The notes below the pieces were generated by a model. That model saw only the letters and a list, made by a program, of their open reading frames with translations, ran no database searches and was not told the DNA's origin. 64,000 nt of DNA from NCBI GenBank assembly GCA_044226625.1, contig JBGAGQ010000021.1, positions 1 through 64,000 of the forward strand, read 5' to 3'. The DNA comes from Thermoanaerobaculia bacterium (GTDB taxonomy: Bacteria > Acidobacteriota > Thermoanaerobaculia > Multivoradales > UBA5704). Within the stretch, counting starts at the first letter, position 1; every line of letters begins with the position of its first letter. Of this stretch, positions 55,290 through 64,000 are shown piece by piece. The translations under genes and the position numbers were made by a program.

Positions 55290-56804
55290 ATGAAGCGTTA
55301 TGCCGTCTTCACCGCTTGGCTCTTCCCGTTTTTTCTGAGCGCGGTCGCCGGAGCTACGACGTTCAAGATGATGAGCGACGGACGTTTGGCCGACACCTCT
55401 TCGATGATCGCCCAAGTGCGGGTCACGGCGGTCGAGGCCTCGCCGGAGGCGCGGACCCCGAGCACCGACTACCTGGTCGAAATCGAAAAGCTGGTCAAAG
55501 GATTCGCGCCGGGCAGCACCTTCGTGGTTCGCGTTCCGGGGGGGATGGGTAGCGACGGAATCGGCTTGAAGATATGGGGAGCCCCCAAGTTCCGTGCCGG
55601 GGAGCGCGCCTTGCTCTTCCTCGCGCCACACGCCGAAGACGGCACATATCGGGTGGTCCAGATGATGCTCGGCGCTTTCCACATCGTCGAAAAGGCGGGC
55701 GCGCGGTACGCGATTCGCGATCTCGCCGGCACGCAGGAGCTGGTCGGCGACTCGTTGCATCCGGGCGCGGACCGGCCGCGCAGCCTTCCGAGTTTCGTCC
55801 GCTGGTTGGAAGATCGCAGCGCCGGCCGAGAGAGGGCCGCGGATTACTACGCTCCCGTCGGAGGCGACAAAGGGCTCGAGGGGAATTTCACCTTCCTCCT
55901 GCCTGACGATGGGATCGCGATCCGCTGGTTCCGGTTCGACACCGGGCTCTCCGTCCGCTGGCGCGTCCACCAGGCCGGGCAGGCGGGAATTCCAGTCTCT
56001 CTTGCGCTCGGATCGCTCACGGTCGCGACCAATGCTTGGAACTCCGACTCCTCCTCGAACATCAATTACGTGGTCGATGGCACGACCTCCGCGAGCAACG
56101 GTCTCGGACGCTCCGACGACACGAACACCGTTCTGTTCAACGATCCGAGCCATCAGGTCGAGGGGAGCTTCGACTGCGACAGCGGCGGGGTGATCGCGGC
56201 CGGCGGTCCGTTCTTCTTCGACTCGACCCGCGACTACCGCGGCACGCGGTATCACGAGGCGGTCGAGGCTGACATCGTGACCAACGACGGGACGGACTGC
56301 TTCTTCGGTAGCGATCCGAAGATCATCGAGGAGATCTTCGGACACGAGCTCGGCCACACGCTGGGCCTTGGGCACTCCCGCGAGCGCCAGGCGCTCATGT
56401 TCGCCAACGCCCACGCCGACGCCCGGGGTGCGAGTTTGAACCCAGACGACCGGGCCGCCGTGGCGGTGCTCTACGGCGACGGCTCGACGCAGCCGCCCCC
56501 GCCTCCGCCTCCGCCGGACGGGCTCAAGGCGCCGAGCCAGGTCAAGGCGAAGATTCTCTCCTCGATCAGCGTCATGCTCACTTGGAAGGACAACGCGACT
56601 GTCGAAGAGAAGATCCTCGTCGAGCGCAAGAGGATCGGCGGTAGCTGGCGCCAGGTCCTGGAGCTGCCTCCCAATTCGACCACGGCGAAGGTCACCGGCC
56701 TCACCCCCGGCAAGCCCTTCGCCTTCCGCTTGCGGGCTAAGAAGGGCACCTCCTTCTCGCCATATAGCGAGACGGTGCGTACGGCGAACCTGCCGCCGCG
56801 CTGA
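55290..56804 (+). CDS. Secreted matrixin (M10-like metzincin) with C-terminal FN3 domain
   Basis: Signal peptide, HELGHTLGLGHS, Met-turn ALMFA, poly-Pro linker, LTWKDN..GLTPG. Confidence 0.92.
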   Translation: MKRYAVFTAWLFPFFLSAVAGATTFKMMSDGRLADTSSMIAQVRVTAVEASPEARTPSTDYLVEIEKLVKGFAPGSTFVVRVPGGMGSDGIGLKIWGAPKFRAGERALLFLAPHAEDGTYRVVQMMLGAFHIVEKAGARYAIRDLAGTQELVGDSLHPGADRPRSLPSFVRWLEDRSAGRERAADYYAPVGGDKGLEGNFTFLLPDDGIAIRWFRFDTGLSVRWRVHQAGQAGIPVSLALGSLTVATNAWNSDSSSNINYVVDGTTSASNGLGRSDDTNTVLFNDPSHQVEGSFDCDSGGVIAAGGPFFFDSTRDYRGTRYHEAVEADIVTNDGTDCFFGSDPKIIEEIFGHELGHTLGLGHSRERQALMFANAHADARGASLNPDDRAAVAVLYGDGSTQPPPPPPPPDGLKAPSQVKAKILSSISVMLTWKDNATVEEKILVERKRIGGSWRQVLELPPNSTTAKVTGLTPGKPFAFRLRAKKGTSFSPYSETVRTANLPPR

Positions 56805-56926
56805 GACCTCGATCTCGAAGCGGGGCGGCATGGCCGCCCCGCTTCCGCTTCCTTCCCTTCTCTTTCGTAGAATCTCCGGATCCCGTCGAACGGCGGGAAC
56901 AAGGCTTTCCCTTCCCGAGACTTTCG

Positions 56927-58309
56927 ATGCCTGAAACCCATCCGTTCCCCCTCGCGTTCGAAGGGGGGCCCACGCCGCTCCTGCTCGCGCTTTTCGATCA
57001 GACGCCGGTCATCGACGGAGCACGGCTCGAGATCCACAGTTCCGACGACATGTTGCATCATTTCCTCTGGAACTACGGGGAGGACGGGCGCGGCTGGCAG
57101 CGGGAGCAAGCCTTGTCGGCCTACTTCCGTTCCGGCCTCGCGATCTGGGAACGAGAGCGGCAGATCCTCGAATGGCGCTTCGGCGATCCGTCCCGAGTAG
57201 GCGAAGTCCTCGACTTCGCGAGCGGTTACGGACGGGCGACCCGCTTCATGGTCCACGACCTCGGCGGCAAGAGGGTCTGGGCGGCCGAGATCGATCCGGA
57301 GGCGGTTCGCTTTCAGGAGGAAGCGCTCGGCGCTCAAGCCCTGCTCTCCACGCCGATACCGGAGGATTTTGAATGCCCCCGGCGGTTTTCCGCCGTCCTC
57401 GTCTCGTCGCTCTTCACCCATCTCCCCGAGCCGACCTTCCGCCGGTGGCTCGCCCGGCTGTGGTCGCTCGTCGAACCGGGAGGCCTTCTCGCGTTCAGCG
57501 TCCACGGCGAGCACCTGCTCCCCCCGGGTGCCGAGCTCGGAGACAACGGGCTCCACTTCGTCGCGCAAAGCGAGAGTCGCCTCCTCGACACCGACATCTA
57601 CGGCAGCACCTGGGTAAACGAATCGTTCGTTCGCTCGCTCCTGGGCGAGATCGCCCCAGGCGCTTCCGCGGCGCTCTTTCCGCGCGGCCTGGCGAACTTC
57701 CAGGACCTTTGGATCGTCGTCGACGCTCCGAACCTCGATTTCTCTTCGCTCGATCTCAGGGCGCCGCTCGAGGGATTCGTCGAGACCTGCCGCTTCGAGC
57801 CTCCCTTCTTGCGGCTCGCCGCCTGGGCGGCCGATCGTTCGACCGGGCGGCCTCCGGTCGAGGCGCGGCTCTCGGCGGGCGGACGGCTCATCGCCTCGAC
57901 CCGCGACTTCGAGTCTCGCCCGGAGGTTCGCGAGCTGTTCCCCAACGAAACCGTCGCCGCGGTCGGTTTCCGGCTCGAAGCCCCCTGGCCGGCAGATCTC
58001 CTTCGCGCCTCGACACCGATCGAGCTGCAGGTGGTCGACGCCGACGGCGTTTCGAGCACTCTCTTGTCGGCACCCTGCGAGAGCGCGCTGCTCCGCGCGG
58101 CTCGGTTCGATGCCTGGCTCAACGCCCGCCACCTGGAAGCGGAGCAAGCCAGGATCGCCGCCGAGCGCGCGGCAGAACGGGAACGGGCGGAACGGACCGA
58201 GCGAGAGCTGCGAACGCAGATCGAGGGCATGCGAGCCAGCCGATTCTGGAAGTTGCGCGACCGGTGGTTCGCCGTGAAACGAGGATTGGGGCTTACGAAC
58301 GAGACGTAG
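56927..58309 (+). CDS. Class I SAM methyltransferase with C-terminal coiled coil
   Basis: VLDFASGYGR, SLFTHL, PGG; coiled coil ending SRFWKLR. Confidence 0.88.
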   Translation: MPETHPFPLAFEGGPTPLLLALFDQTPVIDGARLEIHSSDDMLHHFLWNYGEDGRGWQREQALSAYFRSGLAIWERERQILEWRFGDPSRVGEVLDFASGYGRATRFMVHDLGGKRVWAAEIDPEAVRFQEEALGAQALLSTPIPEDFECPRRFSAVLVSSLFTHLPEPTFRRWLARLWSLVEPGGLLAFSVHGEHLLPPGAELGDNGLHFVAQSESRLLDTDIYGSTWVNESFVRSLLGEIAPGASAALFPRGLANFQDLWIVVDAPNLDFSSLDLRAPLEGFVETCRFEPPFLRLAAWAADRSTGRPPVEARLSAGGRLIASTRDFESRPEVRELFPNETVAAVGFRLEAPWPADLLRASTPIELQVVDADGVSSTLLSAPCESALLRAARFDAWLNARHLEAEQARIAAERAAERERAERTERELRTQIEGMRASRFWKLRDRWFAVKRGLGLTNET

Positions 58310-58319
58310 AATCGAATCG

Positions 58320-59180
58320 ATGGCGCCATCGCGGGTCGAAGAAGTCCTGGCCGAAACCGAGCGCTCCCTCAAGGTTTGGGGGCGGCTCGGCCTCTGCCAA
58401 ATCGTCCGCTCGGAAGGCTCGACTCCCGGCAAAGTCGGCTGGAAGCTCCTAGTCCGACCGGACGGCGGCGCGACCGGAAATCTGGGCGGCGGAGCCTTCG
58501 AGGCCATGGTCCGCACGGATGCCCTCGCCAAGCTCGAGGGTTCCGGCGCATCTGAAATCAAGCGCTACTACTTCACCGAGGAGGCGAAGAAGGGCGAACC
58601 GACCGGCATGGTCTGCGGCGGGATGGCCGAGGTGTTCCTCGAGGTGGTCGAGGCAGCTCCCTTGCTCGTCGTTTGCGGGGGCGGACCGGTCGGCCAGGCG
58701 CTCGCCCGCGCCGGCGCGCTCGCCGGTTTCGACTTGCTGATCGCCGATGACCGGGAGGAATTTAGGAATCCGGAGCTCTTTCCGGCCGGCAGCGAATTTG
58801 CTGCGGTCGACCGCGACTATGCGACCGATTTCCTCGCCCCGCACCTTCGTCGAAAGCTTTTCGTCGCGATCGTCTCCCGTTGTTGGGAGACCGACTCCGC
58901 CGCCCTGTCTGCCCTGCTCCGCGCCGCGCCCGAGCGCCTGGCGTACGTCGGCCTGATGGGCAGCCGACGGAAGATCGAGCGGGTCAAACGCGAGGTGGCC
59001 ACCCGGGGCGGCGATCTCGCACGGATCGACCTGCGCGCGCCGATCGGCCTGCCGATCGGCGGCGATTCACCCGGGGAAATCGCGATCTCGATCGTCGCCG
59101 AGATGGTCCGCGACCGATATACGCACGACGAACATCGAGCCGGAACGCCCGACCTGGAGTTCCTCGCACCGAATGCGTAA
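58320..59180 (+). CDS. XdhC/CoxI-family molybdoenzyme accessory protein
   Basis: GSTPGK, GMVCGG, DDR, YVGLMGSRRK, APIGL..PGEIAISIVAE. Confidence 0.92.
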   Translation: MAPSRVEEVLAETERSLKVWGRLGLCQIVRSEGSTPGKVGWKLLVRPDGGATGNLGGGAFEAMVRTDALAKLEGSGASEIKRYYFTEEAKKGEPTGMVCGGMAEVFLEVVEAAPLLVVCGGGPVGQALARAGALAGFDLLIADDREEFRNPELFPAGSEFAAVDRDYATDFLAPHLRRKLFVAIVSRCWETDSAALSALLRAAPERLAYVGLMGSRRKIERVKREVATRGGDLARIDLRAPIGLPIGGDSPGEIAISIVAEMVRDRYTHDEHRAGTPDLEFLAPNA

Positions 59181-61032
59181 GGTCTTTCTCACCTTTTTTT
59201 TCGCCGCCTGTCTCGGCGATCTCGGCCAGCCTGTTGCCGCGCTGGACGCGACGGCGACCGAGGCAATCGAACGGCCGGCAGGTTTCTCCTTTTGGCAGAG
59301 GCTCCCTCTCGAAGGGGCCGATGTGCGATCGCTCGCGATCGAACCAGGGAACCCCGATCGGTTCCTCGCCGGCACTTCCGCCGGCCAGGTCTACCGGAGC
59401 GAGGACGGCGGCTCGACCTGGAGCGACGCGGGTCCCTCCCTTCCATTCCCCGGCTGGGTGGTCAGCTCCCTCCGTTTCGAGCACCAGGGAAGCTCCTCGC
59501 CGCCGCGGATCTGGGTCGGTCTCTGGGGAATCTGGAGCGGCGGTCACGTCGCCTCGTCGGACGATCTCGGCCGGACCTGGGCCTCGCGCAGCGGCGACCT
59601 GCCCGATCTTCCCGTCTACGCCATCGCTCCGGTTCCGGGTGAGGAGGGGCGTGTCTACGCCGCGACGGGTCAAGGGGTGTGGGGAACCGTGGACGGCGGC
59701 AAGACCTGGCGCCCGCTCACGCGGGCGCTCCCCGAGATCGGCAAGGTCACGAGCCTCCTGGTGGATCCCGAGAGGCCGGGCACGGTCTACGCGGGAACTT
59801 GGCGTCAGGCGTACCGTAGCGACGATGCCGGCGCCACGTGGCAAGGCATCTTCGACGGCATGGTGCTCGACTCGGAGGTTTTCACCCTCACGCCTGGCCG
59901 AGAATCGGGCGAGATCTGGGCCTCCACCTGCGGCTGGGTCTACCGCACCGGGAACCGCGGCATCGGCTGGCGCCGGTACGAGCAGGGACTCGGCGAACGG
60001 CGGACGCCGAGCTTCGCGGTCCTGCCGGACGGTCGCCTGCTCGCCGGCACCGTGGCCGGTGCCTACCTATCCTCAGACGGAGGGCTGTCATGGAAGCTCG
60101 CTTCCGACCCGGCGCTGTCGATCCTGGCGATCGCCGTCGATCCGGCCCGGCCGGATCGAATCGTGCTCGGCACGGAAGGGTCCGGGATCTGGATCTCCTC
60201 GGGCGACTCCTTTCACCCCGCCAACCGGGGTCTCGGCAACCTCCGCATCGGAGCTCTTGCCGCGAGCCCCGGCGAGCTCTTGGTCGCGGTCAACCAGGCC
60301 GGCCCCTCCTCGGGGCTTTACGTCTCCCGGGACGGCGGCCGAACCTTTCCCGGATTCGTCCCCCTTCCCACCGTTCTCGACCTGGCGCTTGACGGCACCA
60401 GCGCGTTCGCGGCGACCGAGCGCGGCCTCTTCGAACGCCAGGGCTCCGATTGGCGACGCCGACCCGAACTCGGCGAACGGCGGGTAGATCGGGTTTCAAA
60501 GATCGGCGGGCGCACCTTGGCCCGGACCGAGTCCGGCCTGTTCGAGCTGACCCGTACCAAGGACGGGAAGGAGCGTTTCGAGCCGCTGCTCGGTAAATCC
60601 GTGCCCCGCTCCGCCGTGCTCTGGTCGGGAGCCCTCTGGGGAAGCGACGATCGGTCGATCTTCCGTTTAGAGGCCGGCAAGCGCACTCCCGTGGCCACGC
60701 CGTTCTCCGGGGGCCGTCTGGAGCGCACGAGCGCCGGACTTCTCTACTCCGGCGCGGGCGGCGCCTGGATTCGGACCGCCCCCGCGCAGGAGTGGATCGA
60801 GCTCGCCCAGAACGCCTCCCGAGCGTTTCCGACCGGCGACGATCGGCTCGCGGCCGTCGTAGCGACGGGCGACACGGCCTACCTGCTGGACCGAGGGAAC
60901 GACCCCTCCCGCCCAGAGCTCCGTCCTCTCACGCTTCCGTTTCCCGTCCGTGACCTGACGGCGGCACGAATCGTCGAGGGGCGGCTCCTCCTCGGGACCT
61001 CCGGCTACGGCGTACAGGCGGCCGCGCCCTAG
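59173..61032 (+). CDS. Exported BNR/Asp-box beta-propeller protein
   Basis: Repeated SxDxGxTW (SEDGGSTW, SDDLGRTW, DGGKTW, SDDAGATW, SSDGGLSW). Confidence 0.88.
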   Translation: MRKVFLTFFFAACLGDLGQPVAALDATATEAIERPAGFSFWQRLPLEGADVRSLAIEPGNPDRFLAGTSAGQVYRSEDGGSTWSDAGPSLPFPGWVVSSLRFEHQGSSSPPRIWVGLWGIWSGGHVASSDDLGRTWASRSGDLPDLPVYAIAPVPGEEGRVYAATGQGVWGTVDGGKTWRPLTRALPEIGKVTSLLVDPERPGTVYAGTWRQAYRSDDAGATWQGIFDGMVLDSEVFTLTPGRESGEIWASTCGWVYRTGNRGIGWRRYEQGLGERRTPSFAVLPDGRLLAGTVAGAYLSSDGGLSWKLASDPALSILAIAVDPARPDRIVLGTEGSGIWISSGDSFHPANRGLGNLRIGALAASPGELLVAVNQAGPSSGLYVSRDGGRTFPGFVPLPTVLDLALDGTSAFAATERGLFERQGSDWRRRPELGERRVDRVSKIGGRTLARTESGLFELTRTKDGKERFEPLLGKSVPRSAVLWSGALWGSDDRSIFRLEAGKRTPVATPFSGGRLERTSAGLLYSGAGGAWIRTAPAQEWIELAQNASRAFPTGDDRLAAVVATGDTAYLLDRGNDPSRPELRPLTLPFPVRDLTAARIVEGRLLLGTSGYGVQAAAP

Positions 61033-61115
61033 GCTTCCGTCACCTCCGGTCCGCTCAAGACGGCCCGGTTCTCTCGAAACACACCCGAGACGCCTCGATC
61101 GGAACGAAAACGGGG

Positions 61116-61162
61116 CGCAACTCTCCCCGAAGTTGCGACGAGAGGAAAAATGAGTCTTTTCC
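61116..61162. promoter_or_regulatory. Two palindromes upstream of the peptide gene, putative operators
   Basis: CGCAACT-N8-AGTTGCG (61116-61137) and GGAAAA-N7-TTTTCC (61144-61162). Confidence 0.4.
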
Positions 61163-61252
61163 GAGCACCCCTGCCTCACTCTTAGAGGTACGGGCGGCCC
61201 CTCATCCTGAAAGACAGGAAGCGAGCGGAAGCCGTCTCGAAAGGTGCTCGGG

Positions 61253-61534
61253 ATGGTCCGACGAACCATCGTCTTCGCTTCATCCTTCCTGGCTTCGTTT
61301 CTCTTGCTCTCGACCTCGGTCGCCCAGGCTCGGCAGGAGCCCGTGGAGTCCCGTTCCGTTCGCGAGACGATCTCCCTCCGCTCCGTGCTCGAATCCATCT
61401 CGACCGGCCTGTCCGATCTGCTGCGCATCCCGATCGGTCTGTTCGCGCATCACGGGGTCACGACCGACCCCAACGGACAGTCGCTCTCGATGCCCCAGTT
61501 CGACGGCGGGCCGAAGGCGCCCCGCGCCCGCTGA
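61253..61534 (+). CDS. Small secreted peptide precursor with DPNG motif (93 aa)
   Basis: GAAAGG RBS; signal ending AQA; amphipathic helix; HHGVTTDPNG; own terminator. Confidence 0.7.
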   Translation: MVRRTIVFASSFLASFLLLSTSVAQARQEPVESRSVRETISLRSVLESISTGLSDLLRIPIGLFAHHGVTTDPNGQSLSMPQFDGGPKAPRAR

Positions 61535-61571
61535 CGATATCCCTCCAGCTCTCGGGATGAGGTCGCCTCTG

Positions 61572-61606
61572 GGCGGAGCCCAATTTGCCGGACTCCGCCT
61601 TTTTTT
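61572..61606 (+). terminator. Intrinsic terminator after the peptide gene
   Basis: GGCGGAG..CTCCGCC followed by T7. Confidence 0.8.
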
Positions 61607-61681
61607 GTCCCGGATGAGCCTTCGCCGCTCACCTCGTCAAGATAAGGCTTCAGCTCTGGTGGGTTCGCGAAAGGACGCCGA

Positions 61682-63034
61682 ATGAACGATATGCATCTGA
61701 GTCGGGAGATTCTGCGCGCCATCGCATCCGGCGACCTTCCTCCTCGAACCCTGCTCGACATCGCTCTTCCCCACCTTCTCGACCTCTGTCCGAACTGCGC
61801 TTCCGAATGGGAGGCCTACCAGCGAGAGCTCCGATCGACCAACGGAAGTTTTTCGCGAACCCTCACCATCCTCCCCACCCTCCTCGAGCGAGAGCTGCCC
61901 AAGGCCCGCGCCGAGGAGCGTCAGGCGCGCCAGGATCTCAGCGAATTGGTGCGGATGCCCGAAGCGAAGCGGATGGGGCGCGTCCGCCGGTCGTATCGGC
62001 GTTTTCGGACCTCGGCACTCGCCCAGTTGTTGATCGAGGAATGTCGGAAACGCCTGCCGTCGGCCCCTCGGGAGGCGCGCCATTTCGCTGAGCTCGCCCG
62101 CGAGGTCGCAAATCAGCTCTCCGAATCGCCGGTCGCGCGCGAGCTCCAAGCTCTCACGCTCGGCGAGGTGGCCAACGCCGTCCGCGCCGAGGGCGACCTG
62201 CCGCAAAGCGATCGGCTGTTCCGCCAGGTTCGCCACCTCACCATCGTCGGTGGGGTAACCGATCCGGAGATCCTGGCGCGCCTGGACTCTCTCGAAGGCT
62301 CGCTTCGCTCGGACCAATGCCGTTTCCGCGAGGCCGAAGAGGTTCTGGAACGGGCGAGGTTCCATTACGACCTGCTCGGCGATCGCACCGCGACCGGTCG
62401 AGTCCAGATGCAGCTCGCCAACGTCTACCACCATCGGGGCGAGACCGCGCGCGCCGTGCGCCTGGGAACCGAGGCTCTCGGCCATTTCGACCCCGAAAGC
62501 GACCTCTGGCTCTATCTCGCCGCGCGCCGCAACTTGGCTACCTACCTCGCCGGCGCGGGACGGAGAGAAGAGGCGCTCACGATCCTGGACGAGGACGAGG
62601 ACCGGCACCGAGATCTCGGCGAGCCGCTCCTACAGATTCGCTATACGTGGCTCCGCGGAAAGATCGCGCTCGACCAGGGGGAGATAGAAGACGCGGTCCG
62701 TTGCCTCACCGCGGTTCGCGACGTCTTCACGAAGGCAGAGAACGGCTTCGACGCCGCACTCGCCTCGTTGGACCTTGCCCAGGCCTACCTTGCGGCCGGC
62801 CGCCCCGCCGAGACGAAACGGATCGCCTCCGACATCGTGCCGATGTTCGAGGCCAACGAGGTGCATCGGGAAGCGCTGGCCGCGCTCCTCCTCTTCCGGG
62901 ACGCCGCGGAGCGCGAAAGCCTCACGGCCTCCTGGCTGCGCGATCTCGGCGCCTTCCTCGAAGCCTCCCGCAGCAACCGCTCCCTGCGCTTCGAGCCGAA
63001 CCGGCGAACCGGCCGGCCTCGGGTCAAATCCTGA
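61682..63034 (+). CDS. Cytoplasmic TPR-like protein with N-terminal HxxxxCxxC zinc-finger-like motif
   Basis: AAGGA RBS; [17 protein letters not shown]; helical repeats ([29 protein letters not shown]); no signal peptide. Confidence 0.85.
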   Translation: MNDMHLSREILRAIASGDLPPRTLLDIALPHLLDLCPNCASEWEAYQRELRSTNGSFSRTLTILPTLLERELPKARAEERQARQDLSELVRMPEAKRMGRVRRSYRRFRTSALAQLLIEECRKRLPSAPREARHFAELAREVANQLSESPVARELQALTLGEVANAVRAEGDLPQSDRLFRQVRHLTIVGGVTDPEILARLDSLEGSLRSDQCRFREAEEVLERARFHYDLLGDRTATGRVQMQLANVYHHRGETARAVRLGTEALGHFDPESDLWLYLAARRNLATYLAGAGRREEALTILDEDEDRHRDLGEPLLQIRYTWLRGKIALDQGEIEDAVRCLTAVRDVFTKAENGFDAALASLDLAQAYLAAGRPAETKRIASDIVPMFEANEVHREALAALLLFRDAAERESLTASWLRDLGAFLEASRSNRSLRFEPNRRTGRPRVKS

Positions 63035-64000
63035 CGCCCCGCAGCCGCAGCGCGTTGCCGATCACCGAAACCGAAGAGAACGACATCGCCGCGCTCGCGA
63101 CGATCGGCGAGAGGAGCAGGCCGAACGCCGGGTAGAGGATCCCCGCGGCGAGCGGAACGCCGAGAAGGTTGTAGGCGAAGGCGAAAACCAGGTTCTGCCG
63201 GATGTTCCGCATCGTCGCGTGCGACAGACGCCGGGCGCGGACGATCGCACCGAGATCGCCTCCCATCAAGGTCACGCTCGCGCTCTCGACCGCCACGTCG
63301 GAGCCCGTGGCGAGCGCCAGGCCCACCTCCGCCCGGGCGAGCGCCGGGGCGTCGTTGACGCCATCGCCCGCCATCGCAACGCGGCGCCCGGCCGCCTGGA
63401 GGCGCTCGATCTCCTTCGCCTTCCCCTCGGGCAGCACCTCGGCGATCACCTCGGCGATCCCGAGCTCGCGCGCTACCGCCTCGGCCGTGGCCCGGGAATC
63501 GCCCGTGAGCATGACCAGCCGGAGACCCTCCTGCCGGAGCGCCGCTAGCGCCGCCGGGGTGGAAGGTCGAATCGGATCGGCGATCCCGAGCAGCCCGAGG
63601 ACGCGACCGCCCCGGATCACCGCGACCACCGTGCGGCCGCCGGCTCGGAGCGCGGCCGCCGGCTCGTCGAACGACGATCCGAGCTCGCTCTCCGCTACGC
63701 CGAGCTCCTTGGCCAACAACCGGTTTCCCAGGGCGACCTCGGTTCCCGAGAGCATCCCCGAGACGCCGCGACCCGAGAGGGCTCGGAAGCTCTCGATTTT
63801 CGGCGGATCGATTCCGCGCTCGGCGGCGCCGGCAAGAATCGCGGCGGCGAGCGGGTGCTCGCTGCCCCGTTCCAATCCGGCCGCGACGGAGAGCAGATCC
63901 CGTTCGTCGATCCCGGGCGCCGGTCGGATCTCGACCAGCCGAGGCTTCCCCTCCGTCAAGGTCCCGGTCTTGTCCATCACCAGCGTGTCGACTTTTTCGA
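63024..64000 (-). CDS. copA: Cu(I)-type P1B ATPase, C-terminal part (truncated by window edge)
   Basis: [24 protein letters not shown] motifs YN and MSFSS. Confidence 0.92.
   Translation of the reverse strand, partial: EKVDTLVMDKTGTLTEGKPRLVEIRPAPGIDERDLLSVAAGLERGSEHPLAAAILAGAAERGIDPPKIESFRALSGRGVSGMLSGTEVALGNRLLAKELGVAESELGSSFDEPAAALRAGGRTVVAVIRGGRVLGLLGIADPIRPSTPAALAALRQEGLRLVMLTGDSRATAEAVARELGIAEVIAEVLPEGKAKEIERLQAAGRRVAMAGDGVNDAPALARAEVGLALATGSDVAVESASVTLMGGDLGAIVRARRLSHATMRNIRQNLVFAFAYNLLGVPLAAGILYPAFGLLLSPIVASAAMSFSSVSVIGNALRLRGVRI

Overview
GC-rich bacterial chromosomal window. Gene content resembles Acidobacteriota, possibly Thermoanaerobaculia (inference only). Left to right: (1) the 3' tail of an IS200-like Y1 transposase (not in the ORF track), followed by three triple-hairpin REP-like units; (2) a RuBisCO-like protein plus cupin pair (MTA-isoprenoid shunt type), a wHTH regulator and an NDH-2; (3) glycosylation genes (TMTC-like, DegT, GT-C) leading into a type IV filament locus with three sigma54-driven pilins interleaved with two exported M20 peptidases, pilD, pilS, pilV-W-X-Y1, and pilR coupled to selA; (4) mixed genes including a zinc-finger microprotein, an iodotyrosine-deiodinase-like nitroreductase, DsbA, GNAT, GT2, GT87-like and truA; (5) a polysaccharide locus: beta-barrel, wza, wzc, PHP phosphatase, sat/cysC, cysQ, two O-antigen-ligase-family genes, VanZ and a nucleotidyltransferase; (6) matrixin, methyltransferase, XdhC, a BNR-repeat protein, a small secreted DPNG-motif peptide beside a Zn-finger/TPR protein, and a truncated copA. 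Best candidates for an undescribed system: the peptide plus TPR pair (61.1-63.0 kb) and the M20 peptidase/pilin interleaving (11-16 kb). All family calls come from motif recognition; no database searches were run.
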